NCBI RefSeq assembly: GCF_009914755.1
Contig: NC_060947.1
From: the human T2T-CHM13v2.0 reference genome, Homo sapiens
Reading direction: 5' to 3' (one strand)
DNA: 64,000 bases
Program-made: the position numbers and the translations under genes
In this document: piece by piece, positions 57,057-64,000 of the stretch
Layout of the letters: each line of letters starts with the position of its first letter
How positions within the stretch are numbered: the first letter of the stretch is position 1
The notes under the pieces: model-generated
What the model was told of the DNA's origin: nothing
The model's input: the letters and a program-made list of their open reading frames with translations, nothing else
Databases searched by the model: none

Positions 57057-57735
57057 CTATCTATTGTTGCCATGTTTATGTCATCAGTATCCAATATTTA
57101 GCTCCCACTTATAAGTGAGAACATGCTATATTTTGTTTTCTGTTTCTGTGTTAATTTGCTTGAGATAATGGCCTTTAGCTGCATCCATGTTGATGCAAAG
57201 GACATGATTTTAGGTTTCTTTTGTGGCTGCATAATATTCAGTGGTGTATATGCACAATATTTTGTTTATTCAATCCACCATTGATGGGCACCTAGGTTGA
57301 TTCCATGTCTTTGCTATTGTGACGATTTGGTAGAATGATTTATTTTCTTTTGGATATATGTATCCAGTAATTGGATTGCTGAGTCAAATGGTAATTCTAT
57401 TTGAAGTTCTTTGAAAAATCTTCAAACTGCCTTCTACAGTGGCTGACCTAATTTACATTCCCACCAACACCTTATAGGCATTCCCTTTTCTCTGTAGCCT
57501 CAGTAGGATCTCTCGTTTTCTGACTTTTTAATGATAGCCATTCTGAATAGTGTTAGCTGGTATCTCATTTTAATTTTGATTTGCGTTTCTCTGATGATTA
57601 GCTATTTTGGACATTTTTTTCTTATTTGTTGGCTGCTTGTATCTTTTCAGAAGTGTCTGTTCATGTCTTTTGCCAACTTTTTAATGCAGTTATTTGATTT
57701 CTGGACTGTTGAATTATTTAAGTTCTTTATAGATT
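57057..57735 (-). mobile_element. Old L1PA 3' fragment
   Basis: 'tttagctcccacttataagtgagaacatg...ccaccattgatgggcacctaggttgattccatg'. Confidence 0.85.
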
Positions 57736-60700
57736 TAGCGGAACAGAATCTTAATGAGTTTGATGACTTTGTTTTGTGGCTTCTGGAATTGGTTCTCTAT
57801 GCTTATTTGATTTAAAACACTAATGACTATATTTCCAAATTTAGAGATTATTAATATTCCATGATATGATGTGGCAATAGAGATATACAAAATATCACTA
57901 AAGGATACTCCTGATGAAATACTTAAAAGAGGCAAAGTTATGGTTGGCCATGTATTTAATTACCATAGAACTTTTCTGTCATAATGAGTATAATGAAATT
58001 GTCTGCTCCTAATTTTGCTTGATAGAGAGGTTAAAAAAAGATAAGCTTATGTATTAAAATTCCCATTTTGCATGCTACATAAGTGGCCTAGACATTTCTA
58101 TCTCTGAGCTGAAAGAAACCCTTTTTTTCCACAGCCATAAAGCCAAAATTGTTTGAAATAAACACAGAGTTTCATTCAGTGAGTGACTCAATTACACAAA
58201 TTAAAATGAGGGCATTGATTGGGAAGGAATGGAATCCTGAAAAATGGGAGGCAGACATATGGTAAGATGCTTGTGAACCTAGCAATATTGAACTACTAAA
58301 TTCTAATGAGTCTTCTTTGGAGAGGAAACAGCTATTCTACACCCTTGGAAGTGATTAACCCTGTTTACCCTGAGGAAACTATAATGGTCTCCCAGAGGTA
58401 GTTACTGAGCAAGACACTAATTGTCCTCATGGCCACCCCTAACCCTTTGTACTTCTATACTTATAACTAGACTGAAGTCTCAGCAAACCACTGAAGATGA
58501 TGTACAAAGTGTGACCCATGAAGATGTGAGCTAAGTTGCAAAATAACTAAAATATTTTTCCAATTTATTCAGACAGAAATCCTTTGAATATATATGAGAA
58601 TGGGTATTAAGGGTGTGGGATAAGAACTGTGCATTCACCCTGTGAGAATACACCTTTTACCATGACTGTGAGAAATAAATTTGTGGCAGAAGGCCCAACA
58701 TCCTTTAAGAACTCTGCGGTTGCTCTTCTATATAAGGCACACATTACAGTGGGAACTGCTGCCACTTAATTGGGTAACCTAAATTCCATAAGAATAATTG
58801 GATTCTGGGATGGCAAGGGCCAAGTGGCAGTGCTCAAATACTAAAGGCAAGGTTGGCATGGATTTTGAAGGCAACATATTTCTCACTTGGGTGCACTACT
58901 TTATTCCTTTATCATATGACTCAAAAAGCTTCTAGTTTTCAAGGGGACCCAGAACAAGTGAAGTCTCTGCAAGAAGTACAGGCCATTGTTCAAGCTGTTC
59001 TGCCACTAGGGCCACTTGAGACAGTATACTCAATGGTGTTTGAAGTGTCGGTTGCAGATAGAGATGCCTTTTGGACTTTTGGTAGGCACCTAAACATAAA
59101 GCGCAGATCTTTAAAATTTTGAAAAATATCTATGGCATCTTCTGCAGAAAATTACTCTTCTTTTGATAAACTGCTCTTTGACTTGCTACTGGGCCTGAAT
59201 AGGGACCGAATGCTTAACCATAGGCTAACAAGTGATCATGGAACCTGAGCTGTCTGTCATGAACTCGGTGTTGTCTGACCCGCTAAACCATAAATTTTTA
59301 AAAGCACAATATTCCATCATAAAATGAAAGTGACATATAAAAATTGGTCTGAAGCAGGATGTGAGGGCACAAGTAACTTACGTGAAGAAATGACCCAAAT
59401 TCCCGTGGTCACCATTCTTGTTACATTATTTTCTGTCTCCCAGCTAGCTCCTATGGCTGTATAAGTTCTCTTCAATTAGTTTTCAGAGGAAGAGGACACT
59501 CAGGCCTGGTTTACTGGTGCTTCTTGCGTGATATTCAGATGCAACTGAAAATGGACAGTTGTAGCATTACCTCTCCTTTCTAGATCATCCCTGAAAGACT
59601 ATGGTGGAGGAATATCTACCCAAAAGGTATAGTTTTGAGCAGTGCACCTGGTTGTTCACTTCTCTTGAAAGGAGAAATGGCCAGACATGTGACTGCATAC
59701 CAATTCATAAGTTGTGGTCTTATGGTTTGTGTAGATGGTCAGGGACTTCCAAGGAACATAAATGGAAATTTGCGTACAAGGAGATATGGAGAATAGGTAT
59801 GTGGACAGATTTCTTTGCATGGCTGATAAACTAGGATATGTTTGTCCCACGTATATGCTCACCAAATAGTTACCTCAGCAGAAGGTTTTAATAATCAACG
59901 AGGATATGTTTGTCCCACGTATATGCTCACCAAATAGTTACCTCAGCAGATTTTAATAATCAAATGGATATAATTACTTGTTCTATGAATATTATTCTTT
60001 CTCTCTTCCCAGCCACCCATCTCAATGTCCAATGAACTTATGAAACAATAACCCATTGTGGCAGGAATCGGAGGTTATTCACAGGTCAGCAAGATGGAAT
60101 TCCACTCGCTAAAGCTAGCCTTGCTACAACCACTTTTGAATTCGCAATATGCTAGCAGCAAGGACAAATGCTGAGTCCTGAATATGGCATCATTTTCTCA
60201 AGTGATCAGATAGCCACATGCTGGAAAGTTGACTAAATTGGTCTGCTTCTATCATTAAAAGTGCAGCATATTTTTCTTAATAAAAAAGACAGTTACTCTG
60301 GATATGAATTTGTCTTCTCTGTACTCAATGTTTCTTCCAAAACTACTGTTCACCACCATACATCTATCATCATAATATTCTAGACTATTGTTTCTAATCA
60401 AGAATTGTGCCACATGAAATGTATGGTGATGAGCTTACACTCAAGGACTTCACTGGTTACATCATCTTAAAGCATCTGGTTGGATAAAACAGTGGAATGG
60501 CCTTTTGAAAATTTAGTTGCATTGCAGGCTATGTACTAGCACCTTGTAGGGCTGGGGGAAGATTGTACAGGACGCTGTATATGTTATAAATAAGCATCAA
60601 ATATATGGCACTGTTTCTCCCACAGGCAGAATTAATTGGTCCAGGAATCAAGGGGTGAAAGTGAAAGTTGTGCTACTCACTATTACCCTTAATAATCCAT

Positions 60701-61000
60701 TAGGATTTTTTCTTTCCCCTGTCTCTGAAACCTCATACTCTGCTAACCTAGAAATCTTTGGTCCAAAGGGACAAACGCTTCCAGAAGGAGACACAACAAT
60801 GAACTGAAAGTTAAGACTTCTCTGCATTCACTTTGGGCCCCTCAATGTTCTGAATCAAAAGACAATGAAGGCAGTTGCAATACTGGCTGGCTTGATTGAG
60901 CCTGATTACTAAGGGGAAATTAGACTGTTACTTCACAGTTAAGGTAAGAAAGAGTATGCTTTGAATATAGGGGATCCTTTAGGGCATTTCTTAGTATTAC
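57736..61000 (+). pseudogene. ERV-L internal gag/pol/integrase/dUTPase remnants with many stops
   Basis: TQKASSFQGDPEQVKSLQEVQAIVQAVLPLGP...EVSVADRDA; AWFT RNase H motif ~59504; GLIEPDY*GEI at 60889-60921. Confidence 0.85.
59833..59963. repeat. 68-bp-period tandem duplication in ERV-L
   Basis: 'aggatatgtttgtcccacgtatatgctcaccaaatagttacctcagcaga' at 59833 and 59901. Confidence 0.93.
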
Positions 61001-61004
61001 ATCA

Positions 61005-62305
61005 ATCTCTGATCTAATCTCTATTATTTCCTTCTGGCAGCTTTAGATTTATTTTTTTCTAGTTTCTTAAAGTATAAAGTTAGGTTGTTAATTAGAGATC
61101 TTTCTTCTTTTTAAATGTACACTTGTATAGCTATAGCCTTCACTTTTAGCACTACATTTGCTGCATTCTAAAAATGTACATATGCTGTGTGTTTTTTTTT
61201 TTTCATTTGTCCCAAAGTATTTTCTAGTTTGCCTTGTGACTTCTTCTTGATCCATTGGTTAAGAGTGTGTTGTTTAATTTCCACATATTTGGTGATTTTT
61301 CAGTTTTCTTTTTGCTACTGATGTCCAGTCTTCCTCTATTGTGATCAGAAAAGATACTTTGTATAATTTCAATCTTTTCCTTTTTTTGAGACTTGTTTTG
61401 TGGCCTACTGTGTGGTTTGTCTTGGAAAATGTTCCATGTACAGTTGAGAATAATGTGTATTTTGCTGTTGTTGGGTGGAGTTTTCCGTATATGTTTTTCA
61501 GGTCCAACGGGTCTATGGTGGTGTTCACGTGCTCTCTTTCTTTATCAGTCTTCTGTCTGGTAGTTCTGTGCATTATTGAAAACGGTGAATCAATGTTTCC
61601 TAGTATTATTGGGATACTGTTATTTCTATGTTCAATTCTGTGAAAATATCATTTATGTATTTAGGAGCTCTACCATCTGATGAATATATATATATATATA
61701 TATATATAGCTGTTATATCTTCTTGGTGAAGATTTTATTTTTATATAATGTCCTTTGTCTCCTGTATAAGTTTTTGACTTGAAGAGTACTTTGGTATTAA
61801 CCTAGCCACCCTTGTATTAAGTTGCATGGAATATTTTTTCATCATTTTACTTTTAATGATGTATATGTATTCTTAAATCTAAAGTAAATTTATGGTAGAC
61901 ATCATATAGTTGAATAAAGTTTTGTTATCCATTCAGCTAATCTATTTCTCCAATTAGAGAGTTTAATCAATTTACATTTAAAGTAGTTACTCATAGGGAA
62001 GGACTTACTATTGCCATTTTGTTGATTGTTTTCTACATGTCTTGTGGCTTTTTGTTCTTCAATTTTTCTCTTAATGTCTTTTTGTGTTTTGTGGACTTTT
62101 TTTAGAGTAGCATGTTTTGATTCCCTTCACACATTTTCTTTTATGTGTGTTCTATAGATACTTCCTTTATGGTTGCTATTGCAATATATCACATATCTTA
62201 AGGTTATAGCATTCTGTTTCAAGCTGATAACTATTTTAATAACATGCAAAAATTCTACACCTATACATAATCCCCACTTTATAGTATTGCTGTTATAAAT
62301 TATTT
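61005..62305 (-). mobile_element. Old L1M ORF2 5' (endonuclease) region, with (TA)n at 61684-61708
   Basis: ORF 61274-61573 LHPTTAKYTLFSTVHGTFSKTNHTVGHKTSL. Confidence 0.85.
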
Positions 62306-62388
62306 ATATGTATATTGGTTTTTTTCTCTAGGAACCCTGACTAATACAACCACTCTTAGTCGCACACAAATATCAAATATCTCTTCTA

Positions 62389-62923
62389 TGTGAGGTATAG
62401 TTGGTAATCTGGCTATATTTCTATTTTATGGATGACAGCACTAAGACACAGGCAGGTTATGTACTTGGCAGATGCAGAGACGTCTGCTTCACTCTTTCTT
62501 TTTAAAAAAACTGCTTGCTTAGTTGCAGGGAGCATAGTAGCTGACAGCTTCCAGATAATTGTTTTTTTTTCTGGTTCTTCCACAGCTGTCAAGCTAAGAT
62601 TACACTCTTCTCTGGGCTAATATGGCAAGTGACTTAACAATGAAGTAGTAGGCAAGGTTAAAATCTGTTTGGGGAAGCTCCAAGGCAAGATGATGGCCCA
62701 TTGTATCTTTCCAACAGAATTTATCTATAATGCAGTCTTTGATACAGATCTCTCTGTTGGGCAACCAGAGACTTTGTAAGGTCTACATCCTGATCTGATG
62801 GCTCCCATTGCTCTGTTCTGTTTCTTCTCTTTTTTTTCTTTTGACAGGTATTACTCTCTAATCAACCATTTGCACCCCTAACTCTGGCTCAGCATTTTAC
62901 TTCTGGAGAACCCAGCTAACACA
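62389..62923 (+). mobile_element. LTR16-like ERVL LTR
   Basis: 3' end 'ttgcacccctaactctggctcagcattttacttctggagaacccagctaacaca'. Confidence 0.55.
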
Positions 62924-64000
62924 GGTACCCACCCAGTTGTACACAATTATTGGCAGTTGATTGAAGAGTACAGATTAACAATAATATCACCATGCTTATG
63001 TATTGCTATATTTTAAAATAATATTGTATGTTGTCTCTAGTGAAGAGGGAAAGCATTCATTTTCATTAATTTGGCAAATATATATTGAACACTTATGCAT
63101 GCTTGAGTAGAGCTTGTCATCTAATGTTCTTGGTACAGCTGAGTTCACGGTGGCCCAGAAAAGTGACTCATACACATCAGAGCTGGAAAGACACTTCAGG
63201 TATTCTAATTCTTAGCTACAGTATACTTTTTACTTTAGTATATTGCCTCAGTGTTTATGTTTGATATACCACTGCTGCTTGCATTACTTGTTTTTGGCCT
63301 TCAAGTGTTCCCCAGACAAAAAGCTACACTGCCTTTTTTACTACAGTTATAGATTATTGCCCAACCCCACAAACTTTTTTAAAAATATTAATGTTTAGAA
63401 CCAAAGAAGAAAATCCTGTGACTTTTTACATGGGAAATGACATAAATCTACTGAAGCTTTTTAGTTACACCAGTTGCTTTACAGAGCAATTCTAAGTTTT
63501 CACAATTATTATGAATAGCAGTGCCTTTTACTGCAGTGATTGCTATTCAACTGTTTTTAATAGAGTTTTAAGACCTTTCTAGAAGCAGCCTTTTGTCCCC
63601 TAAGATTTGAGAGTTCTTTAGAATGTTCATTAATTCAATTAGTTCTTTTTGACACTGATTCTACATTATTAAGGTAAGGAGTAACAAAAGGTTTGGGATG
63701 CCCCTATTTTGTGGCCATGTTATTTTGACTGAGGCTTCAGTGACCTTACTCTCTTCTCTCCTTGTATATGTAATGTAGAGTGATTTTTCTATACATGTAA
63801 AGCTAAATTGTTCTAAAGAAAAATGTAAATGACTGATTTGCTTTTTCTGGCAGAATTTAAAGTTTTATTGCCAATATTTAGGATAATTTAGACTACAGTA
63901 AACGACGACACAGGGAAATCAATCCATTTTACTAAATAAATGCAGATTAGGTATAAAGTATATAACTGTTGTTTGATAGGTAGCTAGGCAATTAGACAAT

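Overview
Primate, almost certainly human, genomic DNA: AT-rich, CpG-poor and mostly made of interspersed repeats. I see no recognisable protein-coding gene, RNA gene or CRISPR array. The ORF track is explained by decayed L1 ORF1/ORF2, Tigger1 transposase, ERV-L pol, Alu, LTR and microsatellite read-through. Main content: a triple nest L1M>MST>LTR12 (1-1866); a MER4-group LTR interrupted by an orphan poly(A)-tailed retro-insertion (4.9-6.0 kb); full-length THE1C and MSTA MaLR elements; an 18-kb nested L1 cluster (9.6-28.1 kb) containing an apparently perfect 442-bp tandem duplication; an LTR5B solo LTR; a MADE1 MITE; a MER50 LTR; a twin-primed L1PA4-like element; and a heavily invaded ERV-L/MLT2 provirus (51389-62348) whose target-site duplication (TSD) still brackets Tigger1, Alu and L1 insertions. 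I cannot support a new biological system here. The most unusual signals are the orphan retro-insertion, the recent 442-bp duplication and a ~45-bp MaLR-derived patch inside an L1. Subfamily names come from recalled consensus sequences and need RepeatMasker/Dfam confirmation.
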